Assembly (NCBI GenBank): GCA_963662585.1
Contig: OY759729.1
Location: forward strand, 320,001 to 384,000
Length of the DNA stretch: 64,000 nucleotides
DNA from: Candidatus Cloacimonadales bacterium
Lineage (GTDB): Bacteria; Cloacimonadota; Cloacimonadia; Cloacimonadales; JAFGVF01
Reading direction: 5' to 3'
Part shown: positions 41,521-51,931 of the stretch, piece after piece
Layout of the letters: every line of letters starts with the position of its first letter
Position numbering within the stretch: the stretch's first letter is position 1
Notes under the pieces: model-generated
What the model was told of the DNA's origin: nothing
The model's database searches: none
What the model saw: the letters and a program-made list of their open reading frames with translations, nothing else
Position numbers and translations under genes: made by a program

Positions 41521-41967
41521 TTATTTCATGATATTTTGGAAATCTCTACCCACAATTATCAGAAATTGATAATCTGGTAACTCTACTTTATCGATGGCAT
41601 AAGTCCAATTCTCGATGCCTGTTCGATCTATCAAAACTTCTAAGTTGTTAGGAGTATCAGTTAAATCTAACTCCTGAGAAACAACTATTATACTTTTGTT
41701 ATATATATATTTTCTCGTATTTGAGGGTTCTGAAAACTTGAAAAAGGTATTTTCAAATCCCCCATATTTCTCTTTTAAATAAGCTTCATAATCTCTTGCT
41801 AAGCCAGGCACACCACATCCATTAAGGATCTTTACTGCCAATTCTCTATCCTCAATTTCCTTATCCATAGTTTTACTATTTAACCAGAAATTAATGGATA
41901 TAATAACAATAGCTGCTACTAAAGAAGTAGCTATTGCACCTAAAATTATTTTTAGCCTAAGAGACAA
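41521..41967 (-). CDS. LytR C-terminal domain membrane protein
   Basis: TM anchor, VKILNGCGVPGLA, IIVGRDF. Confidence 0.78.
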   Translation of the reverse strand: MSLRLKIILGAIATSLVAAIVIISINFWLNSKTMDKEIEDRELAVKILNGCGVPGLARDYEAYLKEKYGGFENTFFKFSEPSNTRKYIYNKSIIVVSQELDLTDTPNNLEVLIDRTGIENWTYAIDKVELPDYQFLIIVGRDFQNIMK

Positions 41968-41973
41968 AATATT

Positions 41974-42468
41974 TTATCCTTCAAATTTGTCAAACTGTTC
42001 TTTTAGTTTTCCATAAGTAACTTCAAAGGCTTCAGGAATTACCCTTTTGCCACCCACAACAGTCATAAAATTAACATCACCTACCCAGCGAGGAACTAAA
42101 TGAACATGAATATGTTCCGCAATTCCAGCTCCAGCAGCATTACCTTCATTTATTCCAATATTTAGACCTTGGCATTGATAACAATCTTTTAGAACTTTCT
42201 CGGTAATTCTCACAATTGAGAACAGGTTATTTATCTCTTCCGAGCTTAATTCATAAAGTGAAGCAACATGACGATAAGGTACTACCATTACATGACCATT
42301 GTTATAGGGATATAAGTTCAGAATAACAAAGCAGTGGTCACTTTTATAGATAATTCCATTTTTAGCATCATCATTCTGCTCAGGTTTTAAGCAGAAGATA
42401 CAGCCTTTCTCTTTTTCAGAAAGAATATAATTTAGTCTCCAAGGGGAATAGAGATAATCATCAACCAT
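41974..42468 (-). CDS. HIT family hydrolase (Ap4A hydrolase-like)
   Basis: LYSPWR, CIFC, NLYPYNNGH, HIHVH triad. Confidence 0.88.
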   Translation of the reverse strand: MVDDYLYSPWRLNYILSEKEKGCIFCLKPEQNDDAKNGIIYKSDHCFVILNLYPYNNGHVMVVPYRHVASLYELSSEEINNLFSIVRITEKVLKDCYQCQGLNIGINEGNAAGAGIAEHIHVHLVPRWVGDVNFMTVVGGKRVIPEAFEVTYGKLKEQFDKFEG

Positions 42469-43949
42469 TAATTACTCCCAGGGAAGTATGATTGCTGATA
42501 ACCTAAGATTGTCATATCTTCTATCTTTTTATCTATCAATATATTATAACCTTTAAGTAAAGAAGATTCTCCTATCTCACTATTGATGATTAAAGAGTTT
42601 AAGCCGATAACTGACTTTTCTTTAATCACAGAATTCCCTTTAATAACACAATTAGCTCCAATAGCAACATCTCTAGCAATCTCAACATTCTCCCCGATGA
42701 TTACACTATCAGGATTTTCAATTGTGACACCGTTATTGAGCCAGTGAAGTTTTATTTTATTATAATACTCAGTTTCTAATTGAGCTAATTGCTCCTGAGA
42801 ATTTATCCCAGCAGCTTCCACGAAATTATCTAATACATGACCAGCAACTACTTCATCTCTTTCATTTAAAATTTTTAAGGTATCAGGAAGATAGTATTCA
42901 TTTTGAGCATTATCGTTAGTAATTTCTTCTAAGGCTGAGAAAAGGCTGGCTTTTTTAAAACAATAGATGCCTGTATTAATTTCTCTAATATTTCTTTCTT
43001 CATCACTTGCATCTTTATATTCAACAATGCTGTCTATATTACCATGAGCATCCCTGATTATTCTCCCGTATCTAGCCGGATCATCTATTACATGAGTCAG
43101 TACAGTACAGGCAGCATTTTGCTCGCGATGAGCTTTTAATAAGCCCTTTAAAGTCTCAGAGCTTGTTAAAGGAACATCGCCACAGAGAATAAAGATATCT
43201 CCCTCAAAAGCTTGGAATACATCTTTAGCAATCTTAACCGCATGACCAGTACCTAATTGCTCCTTTTGTTCTGCAAATGCTATATTATCATATTTATCAA
43301 CTAATTTAATCACTTCATCTTTCATATAACCAACAATCACGCAAGTAAGACTTGAGTCCAATTTCGAAGCAGTTTCAACTACTCTCTCCACTAAAGATTT
43401 TCCGGCTAAATTAAAAGTTACTTTGGGTTTATTTGATTTCATTCTTGTACCTTTACCGGCAGCAAGAACAATCGCTCCAACCTTATTCATAGTATCTCCT
43501 GTGCTTAATTTTTTATATAACTCCTCGACAGTTATATTATAGCGAGGGTCAATTTTACTCTTATATATTTCTTTTAAAGGTTCCAAAACAAAGGCTCTCT
43601 CTTGGAGTAGAGGATGCGGAACCTGCAAATTATCTTGATCAATTATTTTATCTTCGTAGTAAAGAATATCCAGATCAATAAGGCGTGGACCCCATTTTTC
43701 TTTTCTTACTCTCCCCATTTTAGTTTCTATTTGTAAAAGCAGTTTTATAAGTTCTTGAGCTGATAAATCCGTATCAGCAATCACAACTTGATTCAGAAAT
43801 TGAGCTTGATCTTCTTTTCCCCAAGGTGCAGTTTCATATACACTACTGAGTTTAATAATCTGGCAATTTTCAGCGATTTCATTAACTGCTCTAGCTAAAT
43901 TTTGCTCTCTATCACCAAGGTTTGTTCCGAGTGAGAGAATAATCTCCAC
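42468..43949 (-). CDS. folK: Fusion of FolK (HPPK) and GlmU-like N-acetylglucosamine-1-phosphate uridyltransferase with a short LbH tail
   Basis: Residues 1-153: SLGTNLGDR, WGPRLIDLDIL, PHP, RAFVL. From M154: LAAGKGTRMKS, QLGTGHA, YGRIIR, EINTGIY, EYYL. Confidence 0.88.
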   Translation of the reverse strand: MEIILSLGTNLGDREQNLARAVNEIAENCQIIKLSSVYETAPWGKEDQAQFLNQVVIADTDLSAQELIKLLLQIETKMGRVRKEKWGPRLIDLDILYYEDKIIDQDNLQVPHPLLQERAFVLEPLKEIYKSKIDPRYNITVEELYKKLSTGDTMNKVGAIVLAAGKGTRMKSNKPKVTFNLAGKSLVERVVETASKLDSSLTCVIVGYMKDEVIKLVDKYDNIAFAEQKEQLGTGHAVKIAKDVFQAFEGDIFILCGDVPLTSSETLKGLLKAHREQNAACTVLTHVIDDPARYGRIIRDAHGNIDSIVEYKDASDEERNIREINTGIYCFKKASLFSALEEITNDNAQNEYYLPDTLKILNERDEVVAGHVLDNFVEAAGINSQEQLAQLETEYYNKIKLHWLNNGVTIENPDSVIIGENVEIARDVAIGANCVIKGNSVIKEKSVIGLNSLIINSEIGESSLLKGYNILIDKKIEDMTILGYQQSYFPGSN

Positions 43950-44305
43950 TATCTGCCTCTAGTCATCTCTATTTCAGAAAAGCTTAAATGCCCTTGGATG
44001 GGAACTGAAGGTTTGCGAATACTAATAGTAGCAGATTCCACTAAATCAAATCTATCTAATATATTATCTAATATTGTATTAGCACAATTCTCTAAAAGCA
44101 AGTATTTATCTACTTCCATAATATTTTTTATTACATCATAAACTTTTGTATAATCTACAGTATCTTCTAACTTATTTACAAATCTATCTTTGGCATCATC
44201 TGTAGCCAAGGTGATAGTAACAGTAAATCTCTGCCCTAAAGTTCTTTCTGCATCTTGAACCCCATGATAACCATAAAAAATCATATCTTTGAGAATTATT
44301 TTCAT
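43949..44305 (-). CDS. folB: Dihydroneopterin aldolase
   Basis: FYGYHGV, ERTLGQRF, TVDY, LLE, KP; upstream of folK. Confidence 0.9.
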   Translation of the reverse strand: MKIILKDMIFYGYHGVQDAERTLGQRFTVTITLATDDAKDRFVNKLEDTVDYTKVYDVIKNIMEVDKYLLLENCANTILDNILDRFDLVESATISIRKPSVPIQGHLSFSEIEMTRGR

Positions 44306-44727
44306 TGATTAACCTCATCTTCATACTTTGATGCAATAATATAACTTATCTTCTTACCCCAAACTCTATCAACAATTCTATTAATAAAGAAAGCAAGAAC
44401 TAATCCTACAAAACCAGAAATGATAGAATAAGTTTCATTAAAAAACATCTTGGCGATATAATAGAAAATCACCAGATTAACAATTGGGAAAATAAAAAGA
44501 AGTAGTGCTGAATAGATTCTTTTCGCTGGGTCAATATAGATAATTACCCTATCCCCCACTTCAAGTTCTATATCAGTTGTGATAACATGCTCTGTACAAC
44601 TATTATTGCTTCCGCACACACCATGCATTCCACAGCTAGCACAACCACCTTGAACATCCATTAAAACTGTTGCTACACCATTCTCAAACTTTTTAACTAC
44701 CCCAATCTGAGTACTATCTACTGCCAT
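44302..44727 (-). CDS. RseC/MucC (SoxR reducing system) family protein
   Basis: CASC...C motif, VGDRV, two TM helices; ATG 44727 with RBS GGAGG. Confidence 0.75.
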   Translation of the reverse strand: MAVDSTQIGVVKKFENGVATVLMDVQGGCASCGMHGVCGSNNSCTEHVITTDIELEVGDRVIIYIDPAKRIYSALLLFIFPIVNLVIFYYIAKMFFNETYSIISGFVGLVLAFFINRIVDRVWGKKISYIIASKYEDEVNQ

Positions 44728-45208
44728 TCTTATCCTCCGTAATCTTTTCAATCAAATTAGTCGTAGAAAATCCATCTTGAAAAAGCAAACTTTTCACTTG
44801 TCCGCCAAGACCTAATACGATATCAGAGCCAATAATTTGCTCAGGACTCCAATCTCCCCCTTTCACTAAAACATTAGGTTTAATAAGTTTAATTAAATCA
44901 TAGGGAGTGTCCTGATCAAAGATAACTACAAAATCTACTGCTTTTAATCCACAAAGAACAAAAGCTCTCTCAAGCTGACTATTAATAGGACGGGATTCAC
45001 CTTTTAATCTTTTTACAGAATCATCACTATTCAAACCTAATATTAAAACATCTCCACAACTTTTTGCTTCTTCTAAATAGCTGACATGACCAAAATGCAA
45101 GATATCAAAACAGCCATTAGTAAATACTATTTTTTTACCTGCTTTTCTAAGCTCTTCAGCAATCTTGTCAATCTCATCCCAGCTTTTTATGCGGTCTGCT
45201 ATTTTCAT
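44714..45208 (-). CDS. rfaE2: D-glycero-beta-D-manno-heptose 1-phosphate adenylyltransferase
   Basis: FTNGCFDILHFGH, GLNSDDSV, LVKGGDW, STT; ATG 45208 overlaps the upstream stop. Confidence 0.9.
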   Translation of the reverse strand: MKIADRIKSWDEIDKIAEELRKAGKKIVFTNGCFDILHFGHVSYLEEAKSCGDVLILGLNSDDSVKRLKGESRPINSQLERAFVLCGLKAVDFVVIFDQDTPYDLIKLIKPNVLVKGGDWSPEQIIGSDIVLGLGGQVKSLLFQDGFSTTNLIEKITEDKNGSR

Positions 45209-46197
45209 TCTGATTCCTGTTCCACAGATTCTCTGATTTCTTCCCAATAAGTAGGAGATGTACCTTGTTTTCCACAAACTACTCCAGCTGCATGATTAGC
45301 AATAATAGCAGATTCTAAGACAGAATTTGTGAGTGTCATTGCTAAAGTGAGAGTACTAATGACAGTATCACCAGCTCCTGAGACATCAAAGACTTCCCTA
45401 GCATAAGTTGGAAGGGAGAAAATATTTCTATCATTTTCAAAGATTAACATTCCCTTTTCACCCAAAGTAACAATCAAGTATTTAGCTTCAATCTGCTTGA
45501 ATAATTTCCAAGCTATAGCCTGCAAATCCTTTTCATTAGTTATTTTTGTGTTCATATTTTTAGAAAGTTCTATTAAGTTTGGCTTGAAAACAGTAACACC
45601 CTTATAGAGAAAGAAGTTATCAACTTTAGGGTCAACAGCAATAAGGACATTATTAGCTTTAGCAATTTGAATTACTTTGCTAATAACCTTCTCTGTAAGC
45701 AATCCCTTATTATAATCTTCAATAATGAGAGCATCGATATCTTTAACTATTTTCTCAAAATTTTCTATAATTTGATCTTCTATTTTAGAATTTATAGGAC
45801 TTGTTATCTCTCTGTCTACTCTAACTATCTGTTGCTTTTTTGAAGTTATTCTTGATTTAATAGTAGTAGGTCTATCTTTGTCTTTAACAATAAGAGTGGA
45901 ATCGATATTTCTATCTTTGAGTAATTTCATCAAGATAGCACTATTGTTATCATCGCCACAAACTCCTATTAGATAGGTCTTAGCATCTAGTGTTGAAATA
46001 TTCAAGGCAACATTAGCTGCTCCACCCAATCTGTACTCATCAGTCAAGCTCTCCAAAATAGGAACAGGAGCTTCTGGGGAGATTCTTGAAACATTCCCAA
46101 TAATGTAATGATCAATCATTATATCACCTAAAACAGCAATTTTCTTTTTAGTAGCCTCTTGAGTAAACTTATCAAATCTTTTAATATCTATGTCCAT
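45205..46197 (-). CDS. rfaE1: D-glycero-beta-D-manno-heptose-7-phosphate kinase
   Basis: RISPEAPVP, GGAANVA, DYNKG, DVSGAGDTV (PfkB family). Confidence 0.9.
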   Translation of the reverse strand: MDIDIKRFDKFTQEATKKKIAVLGDIMIDHYIIGNVSRISPEAPVPILESLTDEYRLGGAANVALNISTLDAKTYLIGVCGDDNNSAILMKLLKDRNIDSTLIVKDKDRPTTIKSRITSKKQQIVRVDREITSPINSKIEDQIIENFEKIVKDIDALIIEDYNKGLLTEKVISKVIQIAKANNVLIAVDPKVDNFFLYKGVTVFKPNLIELSKNMNTKITNEKDLQAIAWKLFKQIEAKYLIVTLGEKGMLIFENDRNIFSLPTYAREVFDVSGAGDTVISTLTLAMTLTNSVLESAIIANHAAGVVCGKQGTSPTYWEEIRESVEQESE

Positions 46198-46205
46198 AAT
46201 AAACC

Positions 46206-47567
46206 TTATTTTATTGGGTAATTACCTGAGAAACAGGCATGACAGAATTTATCTTTATCTCCAACACAAGTTAATAAATCTTCAATATCAATATACCTAA
46301 GAGAGTCTGCTCCAGCAAAATCTCTAATTTCATCCAAAGTCTTCTGATTAGCAATCAATTCTGTTTGATTAGGAGTATCTATACCGTAGTAGCAAGGGAA
46401 TTTAACTGCTGGTGATCCTATTCTAAGATGAACTTCAGCAGCCCCAGCTTTCTTAATCATATTAACAATCTTTTTAATAGTTGTTCCTCTCACAATAGAG
46501 TCATCTATCAAGACAACTTTTTTATTGGTAAAGAAGTTTGGTAAAGTAGAAAACTTTTGAGAAACAGATTCATCCCTAATAGTCTGTTCAGGTTTTATGA
46601 AGGTTCTGCCAACATAATGATTACGAAGCAAACCCATACTAAAATAGCTTTTCTTTTCATTAGCATAACCAACAGCCATAAAGTTAGAAGAGTCTGGTAC
46701 TGGCACTACTACATCAGGAACAATATCATCTTTTTTAGCTAAGGCAGCCCCAATTTTCTTTCTCACTTCATAAACATTCTCATTGAAGTGAAAACTATCA
46801 GGTCTAGAGAAGTAGATTAATTCAAAGATACAATGTTTATCTTCTTTAAAATGTCTGTATTCATTTGGGTCATTATCGAATAGTTTAATATCTCTTTCAC
46901 TAACCTGAATAATTCCTGCAGGTGGAACTTCTAATCTATTCTCTACTCCCAAAATATCAAGTGCACAAGATTCTGAAGCAACTACTACCGTTCCATCAGT
47001 CATTTTACCCCATACCATAGGTCTTATAGCATAAGGGTCTCTAATCATATACATTTTATCAGGAGTTGCCAAAACTGTTGAGAAAGCACCTTTGATTCTT
47101 TTCATCATAGCTTTAATAGCATCAACAATATTCATACCTTCATTTTGAATCTGATAGATTATATATTTGAGAATTAACTCTCCATCATTTTGACTTTTAA
47201 AATAGACACCTTTTTTTTCCAATTCTTCCTTAACTTCATAATAATTAACAACATCACCATTACTCGCTAAAGCATAAGTAGCTCCATAAAGAGATTCTAC
47301 AGTATGCGGTTGAGAATTATAATCAGTTGCTGAACCTTTGGTTGGGTATCTAACATGCCCAATAGCTAGTTTACCTTTCATAGTTTCGAGTATCTCAGGT
47401 GGAAAAACCTGTTTTACAAGTCCCATCTTCTTGCGAAGGGTAAATACTTTCCCATCTGAAACTGCCATTCCACAACTTTCTTGGCCTCTATGTTGCTCAG
47501 CAAACATTCCTAAGGCTGCTAAATCTGCTGCCTTTTCGTGATTAAAAACTCCAATGATTCCACACAT
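46206..47567 (-). CDS. purF: Amidophosphoribosyltransferase
   Basis: N-terminal MCG, QHRGQE, GHVRY, YFSRPDS, PVPDS, DDSIVRGTT, CYYGID, CHACF. Confidence 0.95.
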   Translation of the reverse strand: MCGIIGVFNHEKAADLAALGMFAEQHRGQESCGMAVSDGKVFTLRKKMGLVKQVFPPEILETMKGKLAIGHVRYPTKGSATDYNSQPHTVESLYGATYALASNGDVVNYYEVKEELEKKGVYFKSQNDGELILKYIIYQIQNEGMNIVDAIKAMMKRIKGAFSTVLATPDKMYMIRDPYAIRPMVWGKMTDGTVVVASESCALDILGVENRLEVPPAGIIQVSERDIKLFDNDPNEYRHFKEDKHCIFELIYFSRPDSFHFNENVYEVRKKIGAALAKKDDIVPDVVVPVPDSSNFMAVGYANEKKSYFSMGLLRNHYVGRTFIKPEQTIRDESVSQKFSTLPNFFTNKKVVLIDDSIVRGTTIKKIVNMIKKAGAAEVHLRIGSPAVKFPCYYGIDTPNQTELIANQKTLDEIRDFAGADSLRYIDIEDLLTCVGDKDKFCHACFSGNYPIK

Positions 47568-47617
47568 TTATAATTCTCCTACAAATCTTTTTTAATTTTT
47601 TATTATTATAATATTTG

Positions 47618-48253
47618 TTATTTCTTTTTAAATACTAACTTATTTTCATTACCTTTAATCAATCTACTAATATTTTGCTTATGTTTTAATATTATGAAAA
47701 GAGCTACTAAAACTGTCAGAATCAAAATAGACAGTTCTTGAAAACCTCCTAAGTAATTCATTACAAATTGACTAGTAACTAATACAATAGCAGCTATAAT
47801 CGAGCCTAAAGAAACATATCTACTACTAGCTACGACAACTATAAAAGCTATCAAAGCTATAAGAAAAGCTAGCGGTGATAACAAAGCATACACTCCAGCA
47901 GTAGTAGCAACGCCTTTCCCACCTTTAAACTTTAAATAGATAGAAAAGACATGACCTAAAATCGCTGTAATACCTAAAGTAATATCATAGATTTGGGTCA
48001 CCTCGATACTAAATAGACTCATTATCCAGCGACCAACTAATATAGCCACTACACCCTTAAAAGCATCTATTAGCATAACAGTAACGCCAATTTTAGTACC
48101 TAGTACTCTCAGAGCATTTGTCGCTCCAGAGTTTCCACTACCATGCTTAGTAATATCTATACCATTCAGTTTCCCTGCTATAAAACTAGTAGGAATTCCT
48201 CCTATCAAGTAAGCAAGTAAATAGGCTATACTAATATATAACATCGGATTCAC
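47618..48253 (-). CDS. plsY: Glycerol-3-phosphate acyltransferase
   Basis: YLIGGIP, GSGNSGATNALR, FKGGKGVAT, KHKQNI. Start is GTG 48253 or ATG 48244. Confidence 0.92.
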   Translation of the reverse strand: MNPMLYISIAYLLAYLIGGIPTSFIAGKLNGIDITKHGSGNSGATNALRVLGTKIGVTVMLIDAFKGVVAILVGRWIMSLFSIEVTQIYDITLGITAILGHVFSIYLKFKGGKGVATTAGVYALLSPLAFLIALIAFIVVVASSRYVSLGSIIAAIVLVTSQFVMNYLGGFQELSILILTVLVALFIILKHKQNISRLIKGNENKLVFKKK

Positions 48254-49577
48254 TTGAATCTTTTCCTTTAAATACCATTTTAATTGTTGCTCCTTCAAAT
48301 TTAAATACTTTTCTAATTTGATTGTGCAAGAACCTCTTATAATCTTCAGAAATCTTTCTTGGACTATTACAGAAGAAGATGAAGGTTGGAGGATCTGTAT
48401 CTGGTTGAGTTATGTAATAAATCTTCAACAAAGCGCCTGTCTTATGACTAGGAGGTCTTCTATCAATAACTTTTTTCACAAATTCATTTAATTGAGAAGT
48501 TGGCACTCTTCTTTCACTTTCGTCTTTAACACTAAGAATTAATTCTAATATTTTATTAACTCTTTGTCCAGTTAAGGCAGAAACAAATAGCACAGGAGCA
48601 TATTTAATAAACTGTAAATCCTCTAGTATTTTAAGAGTAAATTCTTTATGAGTATGATTATCTTTTTCTGGTAAGTCCCATTTATTAACCACAATAATAA
48701 CATTTTTATAATGGCGCTTGATATATGAAGCAATCTTCTTCTCTTGAGTAGAAACCTCTTCATCAGCAGAAACAATTAAAAGAACGATATCTGCTCTATC
48801 AATAGTATCAATAGTTCTCATAGCACTAAAGTACTCTACCCCATATTTTACTCTTGTCTTCTTCCTTAATCCAGCAGTATCTATAAGAGTAATCTCTTGT
48901 CCGTGATAGGTTAATTTAGAGTCAATTGCATCTCTAGTTGTACCAGGAATATCAGTAACAATAACTGTATCCTGTCCGATTAATCTGTTAGTAATAGAGG
49001 ACTTACCTACATTAGGTTTTCCTACGATAGCCACTTTAATACTTGTATCAAGTAATTCTTCAAAGTCATCAACATCACGAGCTGGAATCTTAGTTAATAA
49101 CTCATCCATGAAGTTTCCTGAGTTTCTACCTGAATTAGCAGCTATTGGAAATGGTATTCCAAATCCTAACTGCATAAAGTCATAAATATCCATCTCAATC
49201 TTTTCATTATCGACTTTATTAACTACTAACATTGTTTTGTCACGCATGGGATTTAACATCTTAGCAATTCTCTGATCAAAATCAGTAATTCCTGTCATAC
49301 CATCAACTAGGAAAAGAATAAAATCAGCTTCCTGAATAGCTATCTCAGCCTGTAAACGGATATGATCATCCATTTTATCTTGAGAATTAAAAACTAATCC
49401 ACCTGTATCAACTATTCTAAACTTTTTTCCATCCCATTCCACATCAGCATATTTTCGATCTCTGGTAATTCCTTCTTCAAAATCTATAATTGCTCTTCTC
49501 TGTTTGCACAATCTATTAAATAGGGTAGATTTACCCACATTAGGTCTTCCCACTATTGCTACTAATACATCTCTCAT
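48231..49577 (-). CDS. der: Ribosome biogenesis GTPase Der
   Basis: Two G domains (GRPNVGKS/DTGG/NKVD and GKPNVGKS/DTAG/NKWD) and a KH-like C-terminus. Confidence 0.96.
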   Translation of the reverse strand: MRDVLVAIVGRPNVGKSTLFNRLCKQRRAIIDFEEGITRDRKYADVEWDGKKFRIVDTGGLVFNSQDKMDDHIRLQAEIAIQEADFILFLVDGMTGITDFDQRIAKMLNPMRDKTMLVVNKVDNEKIEMDIYDFMQLGFGIPFPIAANSGRNSGNFMDELLTKIPARDVDDFEELLDTSIKVAIVGKPNVGKSSITNRLIGQDTVIVTDIPGTTRDAIDSKLTYHGQEITLIDTAGLRKKTRVKYGVEYFSAMRTIDTIDRADIVLLIVSADEEVSTQEKKIASYIKRHYKNVIIVVNKWDLPEKDNHTHKEFTLKILEDLQFIKYAPVLFVSALTGQRVNKILELILSVKDESERRVPTSQLNEFVKKVIDRRPPSHKTGALLKIYYITQPDTDPPTFIFFCNSPRKISEDYKRFLHNQIRKVFKFEGATIKMVFKGKDSSESDVIY

Positions 49578-49868
49578 TTGTTCAACCTTTTAATTCATTA
49601 TTAAAGGTCAATTCTCTATGAATAGTGAAATTGTCAAATGATATTTAGTTTTTAAGACTAGGAAGCCTCTTTTGTCAGTGTTTACGCCATAAACAAAGAC
49701 TTAAGCTAAAGTGAAAATAAGCTATTTTTTAAGACTAATTTTCGGATTATAGAAATTAGCCTGTATAATCTTATAGGGCCCACTTTTAGAATAATGGTTC
49801 TTTTAGTAATGTTCTTGGCTCTAGTTCAAGTTAAGTGGAAATTAATCAGCTAAAACATCCCTTACGCC

Positions 49869-50770
49869 ATCTAAGAAAAACACCCGCCTGCTTCCTGCAA
49901 TCCCTCTTCTCCAAGGGGACTTAAATCATCGTGTTCTAGACCTCTTCTGCCGGATTGCATGCACCCTTGCATGCGAAAAACCTTATAAAAATCTAATGTT
50001 ATCTTATTATTATATAATATGGAAGCAGAGACGCTTCCACTCCATAGAAGAAAACACCCCTGTGTCCCCCTCACGGAGGGGGATTTATAAACTAAACACC
50101 CCGTCTGCTTCGCAACCACCCCTCTTTTAGCGTGCCTTCAGCACTAAAGAGGGGAGTTTAAGATTCACGGACTAAAGGTCCGTAACCCCAGTTAATCACT
50201 AAAGAGGGAAGTTAAAAGTGTGATAATCCCTCTTCTGCAGGATTGCATGCACCCTTGCATGCGAAAAACCTTATAAAAATCTAATGTTATCTTATTATTA
50301 TATAATATGGAAGCAGAGAAGCTTCCACTCCATAGAAGAAAACACACCCTGTCTGCTTCGCAGGAGTGAAGTATGACGGGAGTTGCTCACGGAGTAGCGA
50401 CTTCCGACAACAACTTTCAACTACCACCACTCACCTTCGTGAATGGTGGTGATGGCTGGAATCCCGCGTTCCCAGTTAGGAAGAAAACACCCCGTCTGCT
50501 TCGCAGCCACCCCTCTTTTAGCGTGCCTTCAGCACTAAAGAGGGGAATTTAATAATCACGGACTAAAGGTCCCTAACCCCAGTTAATCACTAAAGATGGA
50601 AATTTAAGAGTATGATAATCCCTCTTCTGTCGGATAGTGAACATCCTTGTTCGCTTCATTACGAAAGTAATGACAATCTTAAATCCCAGCGGGATGCCAT
50701 ATAATAGGGAGTGTTCGCAAGACACTCCTTTAGAGTTCACACGAGGTGAGCCCTGGAAGGGCGATATATC
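49869..50770 (+). repeat. Mosaic of REP-like palindromic modules (locus 3), left flank of the RM island
   Basis: Same modules as locus 1; internal duplication 49941.. vs 50229.. (offset 288); extra hairpins TCATTAC-GAAA-GTAATGA, ATCCC-AGC-GGGAT, GGAGTGT..ACACTCC, GCCCT-GGA-AGGGC. Confidence 0.9.
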
Positions 50771-50863
50771 TCATGTTAATCCCACTAAAACACATATTTT
50801 CTTAAAATTTCGATTCTAAAGCGTATCTATATTTCATATATCTCCTTCCACTTTATTCACTAT

Positions 50864-51931
50864 CTATTTCTTTACAGTTTTATTACCCGAAGCATACATC
50901 GCAATAGAGAAAATGATAAGTGTAAATGATGTCATAAACTGTAAAATCATCAATAAGCTTATCTGGTCAGGCTGGTTACTTTCAATTGATGGCATATTTT
51001 GAAAGAAATTGGTCTGTAAACTGAGAATAAAAGATTGCCAAAGAGATTTCTTGACTTCAATATTTAACAAGTAGTAAACTGTTGCATAGTTAAATATATT
51101 TTCAACTAAACTCGAAATTGCTAATATTTGTCTTTGTTGAGGTGTCGTTGATCCATTATTTTTGGTTTCAAAGCAATCTTTTCCAAAAGCAATAATTATC
51201 TCAAATGACCTAGAAATTGTTCTGAATATTATAGCAAATAATAATATTCTAGCCCAAGAAGACCCTAGTCTGAAATATTTTTGTTCGGCTCCAAAAAAAA
51301 ATACTGACAAGATAGGAGCCAAAAACAAAATAAGAGCAATAATTGAATTATCACGATTTCTATGTATATCGTACTGACCTTTTTTAGATATTCCATCAAT
51401 TTTAATTTTAGATTTGATACATCTTTTGTTTATTTGTGAAATTAACAAATTTGGAGATATAAAAAACATATAGACATTCAGAATACTATTCCTAAGATTA
51501 TTAATAATTAATTTACAAACCTTTACAAAACCGTAAAATATCAATTTAAGTAAATATAAAACAATAATTAATAAGTTAATAACAATAAAAAATTGCGGTG
51601 AATCACATAACATTATACTAACAATAAGAAATAGCAGATATAACAGGAGAGTATTGATAATGAGATCTTTATATTTATAAACAATACTATATTTGTTAGG
51701 CATCAAGTATGCAAAAAATAAGAAATTCAGTATGTATGCAACAATTAATATCTTCCAGCCATATAGATTTTTGCTTACATTTACAAAAAAGACTTGCCAC
51801 ATAAAAAAAACTATAAAGAAAATGCTAATTATCGGATAAAATATTTTTGGTATTTCTTCATTTATCTTTATTTTCCTCTTTCGAGTACTACAGCATGTTC
51901 TTCTGTTACACCATTTTAGCATATACCTCAT
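50864..51931 (-). CDS. Hypothetical multi-pass membrane protein coupled to hsdR
   Basis: 355-aa very AT-rich ORF with many hydrophobic segments; start overlaps the hsdR stop (ATGA). Confidence 0.65.
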   Translation of the reverse strand: MRYMLKWCNRRTCCSTRKRKIKINEEIPKIFYPIISIFFIVFFMWQVFFVNVSKNLYGWKILIVAYILNFLFFAYLMPNKYSIVYKYKDLIINTLLLYLLFLIVSIMLCDSPQFFIVINLLIIVLYLLKLIFYGFVKVCKLIINNLRNSILNVYMFFISPNLLISQINKRCIKSKIKIDGISKKGQYDIHRNRDNSIIALILFLAPILSVFFFGAEQKYFRLGSSWARILLFAIIFRTISRSFEIIIAFGKDCFETKNNGSTTPQQRQILAISSLVENIFNYATVYYLLNIEVKKSLWQSFILSLQTNFFQNMPSIESNQPDQISLLMILQFMTSFTLIIFSIAMYASGNKTVKK

